From the NCBI RefSeq assembly GCF_000142905.1, contig NW_013657627.1, positions 66,543-130,339 of the forward strand: 63,797 nucleotides of DNA, in the 5' to 3' direction. This document shows, piece after piece, positions 11,247-21,490 of this stretch (the stretch's first letter is position 1; the number at the start of each line of letters is the position of its first letter). The DNA comes from Thecamonas trahens ATCC 50062. Taxonomy: Eukaryota > Protista > Apusomonadida. Made by a program: the position numbers and the translations under genes. The notes below the pieces were generated by a model that saw nothing but the letters and a program-made list of their open reading frames with translations, had not been told where the DNA came from and did no database searches.

Positions 11247-11474
11247 TCCAGCTCCCCCCCCCCCTCCACCCCCCCACCCTCCACAGGCTCGTCACCACCA
11301 AAAACGATACCCTCCATCCATCCCCCCTCCCCGCCGGGATCGATAGCGGGCCCGTAAAGTTGGGTGACCTCGCATAAAATACCTCCTGCCTGTCACCTGG
11401 CTTCCCCTCGGCCGTGGCTGACCCCTCCAGCCCCAGCCCTCACCCCACTCCCCACCGGCTACGCTGCACCCACC

Positions 11475-12698
11475 ATGGCGAGCACACCAACAAACACCAT
11501 CCCCATCCCCACCTTTACAGGCAGCCGATGGGAGAACCCGGCGTCGTTCAACTTTGCCCTTCCCGGCCTCTGGTCCGCCCTCAAGGTCGCCTGGCGGTAC
11601 TCAATGCCGTCGCCTCCGGCTGACGACCAACTGTCGACCATGTTCCCGACTGCAGAGCCAGAGCTGGAACAAATTGTGCCACCGGCACATGTGCAGGCCA
11701 CGTGGATCGGCCACGCCTCCACCCTCGTCCGTTTCCACGCCGGCTGGACGCTCCTTACTGATCCTGTCTTTGCGAACAGATGCTCTGCCGTCCAGTGGGC
11801 GGGGCCCAAGCGCATGCTCCCGCCGCCGCTGGCCATCGATGATCTGCCAGACATCGACCTCGTCGTCATCTCGCACAACCACTACGATCACTTGTGCAAA
11901 TCATCCGTCATCGCCCTTGCTCATCGCTTCCCACACCTCCTCTTCCTCGTCCCGTCTGGATTGGGGAACTGGTTCCGCAAGAACGGCATGACAAACGTCG
12001 TCGAGCTCGAGTGGTGGGACTCGGTCGTGCTCGAGCGGGATCATGACGGCAGCCCACGAGTCGTTGCTGAGCATCGCGGTCTCAGTCAGCGCCTCCTGGA
12101 CGCACGCTCCTCGGACAACGAGCCCATTGACGAGCTGGCCGCCCTCACTGCCCACGCCGCCGCTGCACGCACCTTTGATCCCGACAGCCCGCCGCGGCTG
12201 GCGGTCTCCGCCACCTGTGCCAAGCACTGGTCCGGCCGCTTTGTCGTCGACAAGTGCAAATCGCTCTGGTGCTCGTGGGCCATCCACGCATCGGATGGCG
12301 CATCGTACTGGTTTGCCGGCGACACCGGGTACGACGCCCACGGCTTTCAGACCCTCGGCGCCGCCTACGGTCCCTTCACCGCCGCAGCCATCCCGGTCGG
12401 CGCATACCACCCGCGCGACTTTCTGCAGGCCCAGCACGTCGACCCGCTCGAGGCTGTCGCCATCTCAGTCGACGTCCGCGCAGCCGCCTCATTTGCCATC
12501 CACTGGGCCACATTCATTCTCGCTGCCGAGCCCATCGACGAGGCGCCTATCCTCATTGCTAACGAGCTCGACCGCCGCAACCTTCCGCCGCACGCCTTTG
12601 TCCCGCTCAGACATGGCGAGTCGCGCGTGTGGCCGGCGCCCGCCGCAGACAGCGACCACAGCGACGAGCTCTCGCGCGACGGCTCCTCGTCTGCCTGA
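11475..12698 (+). CDS. NAPEPLD: N-acyl-phosphatidylethanolamine phospholipase D-like metallo-beta-lactamase
   Basis: TWIGHAS, LTDPVF..RCS, SHNHYDHL, HWSGR, LWCSW, FAGDTGY, IPVGAYHPR, HVDPLEA, IHWATF. Confidence 0.9.
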   Translation: MASTPTNTIPIPTFTGSRWENPASFNFALPGLWSALKVAWRYSMPSPPADDQLSTMFPTAEPELEQIVPPAHVQATWIGHASTLVRFHAGWTLLTDPVFANRCSAVQWAGPKRMLPPPLAIDDLPDIDLVVISHNHYDHLCKSSVIALAHRFPHLLFLVPSGLGNWFRKNGMTNVVELEWWDSVVLERDHDGSPRVVAEHRGLSQRLLDARSSDNEPIDELAALTAHAAAARTFDPDSPPRLAVSATCAKHWSGRFVVDKCKSLWCSWAIHASDGASYWFAGDTGYDAHGFQTLGAAYGPFTAAAIPVGAYHPRDFLQAQHVDPLEAVAISVDVRAAASFAIHWATFILAAEPIDEAPILIANELDRRNLPPHAFVPLRHGESRVWPAPAADSDHSDELSRDGSSSA

Positions 12699-12704
12699 GC
12701 CGGC

Positions 12705-15113
12705 TCACGGAACGAGATCGACGCCGAGTCGCGCCGCCACGCCGGAGCGGACGGTCTTGTCGAGCAGCTGCGCCGAGTTGTCATTGGCCGCTACAACAAT
12801 GTGCGCCGCTGGAATGCTCGCTTGCGAGACGATGGCAAGCGCCGGAAGTGCAGACGTCTTCCAGATGCTGGCGAGCGCCGCCTTGCCGATGTCGGCTGCA
12901 ACGGAGCGGGCCGCAAGGCTGGCGAGTTCCGCCCCGTTACTGTGCATCGAACACTCGATACGCCGCCCGGTGGTCGTTTCCACGTAGCCGCGGCTCCGGG
13001 CATCGGCCACAAGCTTGGCCTGCTCTGCCGATGCCAGCGGGGCCACGCCGTAGTCGCCGACTACCACATCCGCTGCGAGTGTGTCGAGCGCACCAACAAG
13101 CACCGCCGGGTCGTAGTCGATGTGACCGTCTGGGCACGAGACCAGGCTCGCACGCTGAAGATGGAGCAAGCCGGTGGCGTCGATGGCAGAGTCGGCGGCG
13201 AGCTGCGCCAAACTCACGGTTGCTGCCGCCGCCCGATAGTCGCAGATGAGCTGCGGGAGCGGCGAGCCGGTCTCCTCGCTCAGCCGGCGCAGCACTGGTC
13301 GCGAGACAGAGCTGGCGTTGGCGTGGAGCTTGGGAAGGCCGGCCACGTTGTACACCAGATTGGCAACCTGCTGGTACGATTCGAGGCTGAGCTCGGCGGC
13401 CGCGTCAGCCGGGAGCTCGGCGGCGGCCACGACCGCGTCCTTGGCGGCGTCGACACGGTCCTGCAGGCTGGCAAGCAGCGCAGCGACAGCCGCCGCGTCG
13501 ACCTGGATCCCACGCGTCTGCATGGCGACGAGCGGGAGGAGGGCCGGCTTGTCGACTGTAGCGTAGAGGTGGGCCAGGCGCTCGCGGCTTGGATCGGCGA
13601 TGGCATCACCGAGGTCGGCGTGAAGCGCCGCGAGAGTGGCCGCATGGAGCGCGGCATCGTCAGCGCTCCGCGGCTCGCGCGGGATCGAGACGGCGAGTCG
13701 GGCGAGGGCGACATCGGCGAGCTCGCGCCGCTTGGTCTTTGCTGACGCACAGTGCGTGACGGTGTAGAACATGAGCGAGACGTCGTCAAACGCCGTCGGC
13801 GCGATGCGAGCCAGAGCGTCCGGCGAGGTCTGGTCGAGCTGGGTAAGGAGCGAGGTGGCGCAAAAGGCGACGAGCGGAGGCGCGCCAGAGGGCCGGGCCA
13901 TGAGGTAGCGAGCCACAACGGTGGCAGCGCCATCAGCAAGCTGCGCAAACGCCGGCGGGCCGTCAACAGTGGCGAGCCCAAAGCCGATGAGCTGACCCGA
14001 ACCTGCAGTGTACGGAACAATGCTGATGGCGCCGTCCGCGCTTTCGAGGTAGGCCGCGAGAGTATTGGCCGTCTCGAGCTTGGTCATCGGCGCCGGGGCA
14101 GGTGGCTCGGTGGTGGTGCCCTGGACCGCAGCAGCGCGCGAGGCGCGGAGGAGCGAGGCAAAGCCGTGGTCCTCGCAAAACGCGACAAAGGCCGGGTGCT
14201 GGAGGAGATCCGCCTTTGTCCGTGGTGCGTTCGAGTCGAACACGTCTGGCAGATCGGGCAGGTCGGTCGTGAGGGTGGTGAGGCCGAGGTTTGCAGTGAT
14301 GCGGTCGCCGGCGTCGACAATGGCTAGGCTCCGCTTGGTGTGCTTCACGCCCGGCGCAGCGAGGGCGGCGAGCAGCTCGGGAACCGGGCCGTGCTTGGCG
14401 ATGAGGGCCGACGCGGTCTTGGGGCCGACGCCCTGAACGCCCACAATGTTGTCGACAGCGTCGCCGGTAATGGCCTGGACGTGCGGGACAAGTTCGGGCG
14501 TAACGCCAAACTTGTCCATGACCTCGGTCTCGGTGATCCACTCGGGCTTGGACGGGTGGTAGAGGGCGATGTTGCGCTCATCGCTCACCACCTGCATCAT
14601 GTCCTTGTCGCCGGTCACGATCCACACCGCGCCACCACAGTCGACTAGGCGGGCAGCGGTCTGGACAGCCAGTGAGGCGAGGACATCATCGGCCTCTGCA
14701 GACGGTACTGCAAGCGAGACAAAGCCCAAATCGTCCATGAGCTGGCGGAGGGCAACAAACTGGTAGCCGAGCCCAGATGGCGGAGGCGGGCGACCAGCCT
14801 TGTACTCTGGCTCGACAGCAGTTCGATGCAAGTGCTTCCTCGGCGAGTCCCAAGCCAGAGCCAGGGCTCTCGGAGAGTGGCTATCGACAAGAGCCAATAA
14901 TGATCGCAAAAATGAAAAAGACGCTCCGGTGGCTTTGCCCGACACTGGATGACTGAGCGGTGGCGTCGAGTGGTGGGCTCGGTGGACGAGCCATGACCCA
15001 TCGAGGAGCATCACCAGCGGAGGCTCCCACCATATCCACGGTATACTCTCGCTGTTCTCGCTCGCACGGTAGATAGGTATGTTGCTCAGCGTCCGTCGCA
15101 GACCACCAAACAT
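12705..15113 (-). CDS. Bacterial DNA polymerase I-like protein: intact 5'-3' exonuclease, degenerate 3'-5' exonuclease and polymerase domains
   Basis: 5'-nuclease motifs LLDGS..HRA, YKAGR, EADDVLASL, TGDKDMMQ, GDAVDNIVGVQGVGPKTA. PolA remnants MQTRGIQVD, SYQQVANLVY, ICDYR, RGYVETTTGRR. Start uncertain (MFGGLRR at 15113; ORF open to 15278). Confidence 0.85.
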   Translation of the reverse strand: MFGGLRRTLSNIPIYRASENSESIPWIWWEPPLVMLLDGSWLVHRAHHSTPPLSHPVSGKATGASFSFLRSLLALVDSHSPRALALAWDSPRKHLHRTAVEPEYKAGRPPPPSGLGYQFVALRQLMDDLGFVSLAVPSAEADDVLASLAVQTAARLVDCGGAVWIVTGDKDMMQVVSDERNIALYHPSKPEWITETEVMDKFGVTPELVPHVQAITGDAVDNIVGVQGVGPKTASALIAKHGPVPELLAALAAPGVKHTKRSLAIVDAGDRITANLGLTTLTTDLPDLPDVFDSNAPRTKADLLQHPAFVAFCEDHGFASLLRASRAAAVQGTTTEPPAPAPMTKLETANTLAAYLESADGAISIVPYTAGSGQLIGFGLATVDGPPAFAQLADGAATVVARYLMARPSGAPPLVAFCATSLLTQLDQTSPDALARIAPTAFDDVSLMFYTVTHCASAKTKRRELADVALARLAVSIPREPRSADDAALHAATLAALHADLGDAIADPSRERLAHLYATVDKPALLPLVAMQTRGIQVDAAAVAALLASLQDRVDAAKDAVVAAAELPADAAAELSLESYQQVANLVYNVAGLPKLHANASSVSRPVLRRLSEETGSPLPQLICDYRAAAATVSLAQLAADSAIDATGLLHLQRASLVSCPDGHIDYDPAVLVGALDTLAADVVVGDYGVAPLASAEQAKLVADARSRGYVETTTGRRIECSMHSNGAELASLAARSVAADIGKAALASIWKTSALPALAIVSQASIPAAHIVVAANDNSAQLLDKTVRSGVAARLGVDLVP

Positions 15114-15288
15114 CCCAGCAGGTATCCCTTGTCTGCGAGAGGTGGCCAAGCTTTGTTCTTGGGGGGGGGGGGGGGGGGGAGGGGAGGGTGACGGCGGCCG
15201 GGGCGGGGGCAGGACTGTGGGGGGCGTTGGGAGGGGGGGGGGAGGGGGGGGGGGGAGGCAGTACGTAGTGATCGACATCTGAACAATG

Positions 15289-15394
15289 TCATCACATTGC
15301 TCGCAATCTGGGCCAGCACATCACGATCTGGGCCAGCACATCACAACCTCGGCCGATACATCACAACCTGGACCAGCACATCACAACCTCGGCC
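15289..15394. repeat. ~20-bp tandem repeat (CATCACAA/GATCTGGGCCAGCA-like), about 5 imperfect copies
   Basis: Visible directly upstream of the PolA-like gene. Confidence 0.75.
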
Positions 15395-15882
15395 TGGCAC
15401 AGCGAGACGGCAGCGACGTCCTCGCGCTGGCCGATAGAACCGACATGTCCGGCGATGTGGGCTGCTGGGGAGAGAGTGAGATGTGCGAGGCAGAAGCAAC
15501 AGCAGGAGCTGCAGAAGCAGGTGGCTCCCTGTCGCTCTCCTTACACTTGCTGCGATAGGGCACAGAGGGCAGCGGCGATCGTCTCGGCGCCCAAGATCTC
15601 GCTCTCACGCGCGCACGCTGCTGTCGGACTTGCTGCCGCGTGCCGGACATAAGCCCGTTGTTGTGCGGGGCGTGAGGGGTTGTGCGGGGCGTGAGGGCCA
15701 AGCGCCTGTCGTACGGGATCAGAGTCTCGGTCGCTATTGCCACGACGGCCAGAGCCGGCTCGGAGAGGTTGCGACGAAAATCAAGACACTTTTCGCCGGC
15801 CGCCGCCGCCGCCGCAACCGCAGCAGCAGCAGCAGCAGCAGCAGGCGGAGCAAGTACAAGCAACGACAGAACGAGAGCGAGC

Positions 15883-15922
<40 letters not shown>

Positions 15923-15938
15923 GACGGACGAGACAACG

Positions 15939-16038
15939 NNNNNNNNNNNNNNNNNNNNNNNNNNNNNNNNNNNNNNNNNNNNNNNNNNNNNNNNNNNNNN
16001 NNNNNNNNNNNNNNNNNNNNNNNNNNNNNNNNNNNNNN
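15939..16038. other. Assembly gap, preceded by a (GA)n microsatellite at ~15889-15919
   Basis: Run of N; GA dinucleotide run. Confidence 1.
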
Positions 16039-16311
16039 AAAAATCAATACTGGATGCAATGTCCCTCTCCCTGGCTCTCTACGGGTGGCAATGGCAATGC
16101 CTGCCGCGGTGGTCGTCGCTCTCGTCCGCTCTCGTATTTTGCTCGGGCTCGCTGCAAATGTTGGTGCTCCTGCTCCTCTTCTCTTCCCCGTTACGGCAAA
16201 TGTAATGGACAACACCCTGCCGTACGAAAAAAATCACCGCTCTCTATGCGCTGATTGCCCCCACAACTGGTTGCATCGGCCTCACCAATCCGCTAATCAT
16301 GGCGCACAGAC

Positions 16312-18366
16312 ATGTCCGCACTGCACTGGGCAGCACGTCGCGACAACCGTGACATTGTCAAGGCCACTCTTGGCATCGACGGTGTCGAGTTCGGGGCGCA
16401 GGACACGTACGGGTTCACTCCGCTGATGTGGGCGGCGTGCAAGGGCCATGCCGAGGTTGTCGCCACCCTCATCGAGGCCGCGGGTGACGAGCCTTCGGCC
16501 AAGCTCAACGTCGGCGCCGTCGACAAGGAGTCGGGCTTCTCGGCTCTGCACTGGGCCGTGAACAAGTCGCACGCGTCGCTTGTGGCAGATCTTGTGGCCA
16601 TCGGGTGCGAGATGGACCTGCCCTGCTCCCGCACCCTTACGCCACTGCACTGGGCCTGCGTCGCCGGCGACGTCTTTTGCGCCCGCGCCCTGCTGGAGGC
16701 CGGCGCCGACACCAGCGCTCGCGATGGGCAGGGCACCGCCCCGCTGCACATTGCCGCGCTCAAGGAGCCCGAGATTGTCAAGATGCTCATCGAGTCGGGC
16801 GTTGACGTCAACTTGTTCACCATCAAGCACTCGACTCCGCTCATCGAGGCCGCCGCCGAGGGCCAGACCGAGTCTGTGCGTGTCCTCATCAAGGCCGGCG
16901 CCGAGGTCGACGCCCGCGACGCCGAAGGCTGCACCGCTGTCCACTACGCGGCCAAGCTTGGACACCTCGCCGTGCTCCGTGTCCTCGCCGAGGCTAGTGC
17001 CAAGCTCGACGAGTCCAACGGTGACGGCGTCAAGGCCGCCCACCTCGCCGCCTACGCCGATCGCGGCGAGGTCCTGCTGTATCTGCAGGAGCGTGGCGCC
17101 GCACTCGCGGCGCCGAACCGCATGGGCTCCACCGTCCTGCACATCGCCGCCGCCCAGGGCCACGGCGACCTAGTGGCCACCCTCCTCACCGCTGGCGTCG
17201 ACCACGGCGTCGTCAACGCCGCCGGCAACACCGCGCTCCACTACGCCACCGCCGCCTCGCGGCTCTCGGCCTGTCGCGCGCTGATCAAGGCCGGTGCCGA
17301 CCCACACATCCGCAACGCCATGGGCGAGACCGCCATCGACAACTGCAACAAGAACAAAAACGACAAGCTCGGCCGGTACCTCGTCGACCGCGCCAAGCAG
17401 TTCCGCCGCGACGTCAACGCCAGCGCCTCGGGCGCTGCTTCGTCGTCGTCGGGCCCGCCACTCCCGGCGCGCTCAACATCTGCAGCCTCGGTCGCCGCCG
17501 CAGGCGCCGCAAAGTCGGCCTGGGAAATCGACTTTTCCACCCTCGAGTTCCGCCAGACCATCGGCAAGGGCTCGTACGGCATGGTGTACGTCGGCGGCTG
17601 GAACGGCTCGACCGTCGCCGTCAAGCAGTTCTCGGTCCGCGCCATGACCGACAAGCAGCGTGCCATGTTCCAGGCCGAGGTCGACATCCTCGCCTCGCTC
17701 CGCCATCCGCACGTTCTCCTCTTTATGGGCGCGTGTACCAAGCCGTCGACCCCGCTCTGCATCGTCACCGAGTACGTCGAGGGCGGCTCGCTCTTCCACG
17801 CCCTCCACGACAAGTCGCGCTCCCTCTCCTGGGAGCAGAAGCTCAAGGTCGCCCACAACTCAGCCGGCGGCATGGCCTACCTCCACGCCAAGAACATCAT
17901 CCACCGTGACCTCAAGTCGCTCAACGTCCTCGTCGAGCGTGACTGGTCGGCAAAGATCGCCGACTTTGGCCTCTCCGTCGTCGTCCAGGGTGAGCAGATG
18001 CACCAGACCCGTCTCGGCACTCCGCAGTACATGGCCAAGGAGGTGCTCCTCAAGGAGAACTACAACCACAAGGCTGACGTCTACGCCTTTGGTATCCTCC
18101 TCTGGGAAATCCTCACCCGCCGTCAGCCCTACAAGGGCATGTCGCCCATGGTCGTCGCCCGCAAGGTCGTCCAGGAAGGCCTCCGCCCCGAGGTCCCGGC
18201 CAAGACCCCGCAGGCCTGGCACGCCCTCATGGAGGCGTGCTGGGCCGAGGAGCCGGACAATCGCCCGGACTTCCAGCTCATCCTCCGCACCATCGATGCC
18301 ATGATGACCCAGGCCAGCAACGCCGCCAACGTCTCGGCTCAGATGCGTGCCGCCTTTCCGCAGTAG
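16312..18366 (+). CDS. Ankyrin-repeat tyrosine-kinase-like (TKL) protein kinase
   Basis: About 10 ankyrin repeats (TPLMWAA, SALHWAV, TPLHWAC, TALHYA). Kinase motifs GKGSYG, VAVK, HRDLKSLN, DFG, DVYAFGILLWE, CW...P..RP. Confidence 0.93.
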   Translation: MSALHWAARRDNRDIVKATLGIDGVEFGAQDTYGFTPLMWAACKGHAEVVATLIEAAGDEPSAKLNVGAVDKESGFSALHWAVNKSHASLVADLVAIGCEMDLPCSRTLTPLHWACVAGDVFCARALLEAGADTSARDGQGTAPLHIAALKEPEIVKMLIESGVDVNLFTIKHSTPLIEAAAEGQTESVRVLIKAGAEVDARDAEGCTAVHYAAKLGHLAVLRVLAEASAKLDESNGDGVKAAHLAAYADRGEVLLYLQERGAALAAPNRMGSTVLHIAAAQGHGDLVATLLTAGVDHGVVNAAGNTALHYATAASRLSACRALIKAGADPHIRNAMGETAIDNCNKNKNDKLGRYLVDRAKQFRRDVNASASGAASSSSGPPLPARSTSAASVAAAGAAKSAWEIDFSTLEFRQTIGKGSYGMVYVGGWNGSTVAVKQFSVRAMTDKQRAMFQAEVDILASLRHPHVLLFMGACTKPSTPLCIVTEYVEGGSLFHALHDKSRSLSWEQKLKVAHNSAGGMAYLHAKNIIHRDLKSLNVLVERDWSAKIADFGLSVVVQGEQMHQTRLGTPQYMAKEVLLKENYNHKADVYAFGILLWEILTRRQPYKGMSPMVVARKVVQEGLRPEVPAKTPQAWHALMEACWAEEPDNRPDFQLILRTIDAMMTQASNAANVSAQMRAAFPQ

Positions 18367-18440
18367 CGCGCCTACTACCGCTTTACTCCCGCGCGCACCT
18401 CCTTGAAGTAAACCAGTCGCTCGGCTGGCGCACAGCCACA

Positions 18441-19639
18441 CTACACCTGCATAACCCGCCGCGGCTTGTCGTACCGCAGCTTGAGCTTGGCCAGTCGCTG
18501 GGCGTGCTCCTGCTGCGCCGCCGAGTTGAGAAAGAGGCCAGCCACAATGAGCGCCCCGCCCACAACCTGCATCGGCAAGATCGGCGCCGGCGAGAACACC
18601 GCCGCCGCCAGCGGCGTGATCGAGTTGTACAGCGCCACCGTCTGCGAGCCAAGCACCCCTGTAGCCCACGAGAGCAGATTGTAGTTGAGCGCCGTCGCGA
18701 GCAGCACTCCGTACCCCAGCGCCCAGAGCTGGACGCGCGAGAGAAGCATCGGCACGCCGGCGAGCTCGCCGATCGAGATGTGGTCATACCACAGCGCAAA
18801 AATCACCATCTCGCTCGCGCCCACCACATACACCCACGCCGTAATCCACGCCGACGGGTACAGCTGGAGTCGCACAAGCTGGCCCTGAAGCACCAAGTAG
18901 AGACAGAAGGCCGCAATGGCGAGCAGCAGCAGCGCCGAGCCCACAAGTTGCGACCCGTTCCCCTCGGCAGCCTCGCCGCCAGGCTCGGGCGACTCGGCCA
19001 GCACGACGCACAGCGCGCCGATGCAGGCAGCCGCAAGCGCATACACCTGCGTCTTGGAGGCGTTACACCCGGTCCGCGATGTTAAGCTGATGACAAGCGC
19101 CATAACGACGGGCGTCAGCGGCTGCAGCACAGCTGCGTGCAGCGGGTTCGAGAGCGAGAGACCAAAGGTAAACAAGAGCTGCGACGCAAAGGTTCCCACC
19201 GATCCCGTGAGCAAGATCAACGGCACATGATCCGACGACGGTAGCAGCACCTTGCCCTTGCTCACCACCATCGCAGCCAGAATCATGGCTCCCGCCGCGC
19301 CCACGTCCCGATAGGTAGCAAAGAGAGCCGGCGAGAGATGAGGCGATGATGGTGACAACAAGGATGATGAAGATGGTGATGATGGTGATGGTGGTGGGGT
19401 GACCATGATGATGACAATGATGGTGATGGTGGCGATGGTAGCAGTGGCGAGGGTGATGGCGACGTGCTTGCTGATGTTGATGATATTGATGAAGATGTTG
19501 ATGATGCTGATGATGACGGTTCGAGGGCCAACGATGCCACCACATTCCACACACCAAAGATGACGTAGACGACGACGAGGGAGATGTGGGCGAGTCGAGT
19601 TCGGGAGACTCCCCACACAGTCCCTGCCTGCCCATGCAT
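18441..19639 (-). CDS. EamA/WAT1-like drug/metabolite transporter (10-TM type); 1-nt frameshift near 19398
   Basis: TM1 (HISLVVVYVIFGVWNVVASLAL) is in ORF 19283..19639. After a Ser/Pro-rich insert it joins ORF 18441..19616 (ALFATYRD, SQLLFTFGL, AAVLQPLTPV, LGYGVLLATALNY, VGGALIVAGL). Confidence 0.82.
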
Positions 19640-20395
19640 AGTCTCCTATGGAGCGAGTGTCGTCTTGCTAGAGCCGTGGGCGTCGAGTGGTCGTCGGCGA
19701 CCTCGTTGGCCTCGTTGGCCTCGTCAAGCTCGGGCGAGTGGTGGCTGGCAGTTTGAGTCTGTCTCGGCTGTCACGCGAGTTTGACGGCGGCGGCGGTCGG
19801 TTGGTGCGGGGATTGGGGAACCGGTCGGTTGGTGCGGGGATCGGGGATTCGGTTGGCTATCGGGGTTATAGGGTAGAGCGGTCATCGTCGGGCTCGTATT
19901 GCCTTGGTGAGTGGAGGTTGGCAGTTTGAGCCTGTCCCGGTCACGTTACCCCCATGCCATGTGGCTGTCGAGTCAACACTGAGAGGTCCGTCGTCTGCGC
20001 AGACGCAAACTGGGCACGCCAATCAATACAATCAATCACGACCATTCTTTGCAACCAAACGACGACACGTTGACAAACCAATTCCACCGGAGATGACACC
20101 CCACCGCACCAATACCCCATCCCGGCGCACGTAACTGGTCTCTCCGGACCAATCCATCCCGCTAGCATCCTTTCTCCTTGCGCTATCTTTCCCTTTACCA
20201 CTCCCATCTCACTATCGACTCCATCCATCGTCGTCCTCTCTGCCGACACCGTTCAAGCCCCGCCGCCCACCGCCCACCGCCCGCCGTTCCACCGCCCGTC
20301 GCCCGTCACCGTCCACCGCCCGCCGACTCAACTCGCCTCAACTCGCCTCAACTCGCCTCAACTCGCCCGCATCCCGTCCCACTCATCTGCGCAGC

Positions 20396-20997
20396 ATGTC
20401 TCGGTACCTGCTCCCCTGTGGCGTGGGCTTTGCTCTTGGAGCAGCAATGGAGTTTGTGTTTATCAAGGCCAATCTATGTACGTCTGCTGTTGCCGACGAG
20501 GTGAAGCGTATGCCCGTAACCCTTCCTCTTCCTCTGTCCGAGATGTGACCGCCAGTCGATGGGCCATGGTCCATAGCCATGGGTCCTGCTGGAGATGCCG
20601 GGCGTGATCGGTAACGGGAGGTGCTCGTGGTGACCCAGCAGTCATGGCTATCATCGTCGTCGTCGCCATCATCACCATCATCTTCCTCATTATCGTGCTC
20701 CCCATCGCCACCACAACCCAAAGCCATCCCCCCCATCCCCCCTCCAATCCCCGCCACAACACACGCACTCATCACTCGTGGCCATGCCTCGGTACATACC
20801 CAGACGAACCCATCATCAAGAAAAAGGCTGAAGAGCGGGCAGAGGTCCTCGATCGCTACAAGGAGCTACATTTGCCAGCCAAGGTGATCAAGGACATGGA
20901 GCGTGCCCGCGGCACATCATCACCAGAAGGTGCATCAAGCTCTACAAGCTCACCCCAGCTTACGTCCTCCTCATCAGATGCCAGCCCTTCTTCTTGA
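20396..20997 (+). CDS. Small mitochondrial membrane protein, SMIM4/UQCC5 (UPF0640)-like; 2 exons
   Basis: Exons 20396-20477 and 20804-20997 (intron GTACGT...CCCAG) give MSRYLLPCGVGFALGAAMEFVFIKANLYEPIIKKKAEER..., resembling the SMIM4 pattern F.LG..ME...IK....Y....RK..ER. Confidence 0.68.
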
Positions 20998-21490
20998 GCC
21001 CTGCTCTCATCCTGACTGTGGTCGCCGCAATGCCGACCTGCCACCATCAAGCATCTGCCGTGCCCTGCGTCGCTCCAGCATCGACTGCATCTGCTCTCCC
21101 GCCGTTGTAGCCTTGCTCACTCCCGTCACCGGCTGCATATGCTTCGCATCGCCCTGCCTCGCCGGCCGCGTTGACGTTTGTCTTGGCCTTGCCACCCGCT
21201 ATCATTGACCGCATCGCGCCACTCCCGCCTCGTTGACGCCGATCCCGTAGACGCAGAGTGACTCGCTGTCCACACATGCCGTCACCCCCCCACCCTTGCC
21301 ACTGCGCAAAAAAAAAAAAGTGGGAAAAAAATGATTGCCGCAACCTGCCCAAACTGCTGCCAGTCACCGAGTGACCGAGTGCTGTCGTGAGCTGGCACCA
21401 GGGGACTCTGACGAGGGCCACACGGCTCAGCACAGCGGAACACACCTCACTTTTTGGCACCTGTGTGTGGGAGTTTGTGCACACTTTGCT

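Noticed and set aside
12705-15278. Prophage, Polinton or other mobile element carrying a polymerase
   Set aside because: No integrase, capsid, terminal repeats or compositional shift; flanked by ordinary host genes
15381-15863. 160-aa minus-strand ORF
   Set aside because: Low complexity, next to a microsatellite and a gap, and no recognisable domain; cannot be supported
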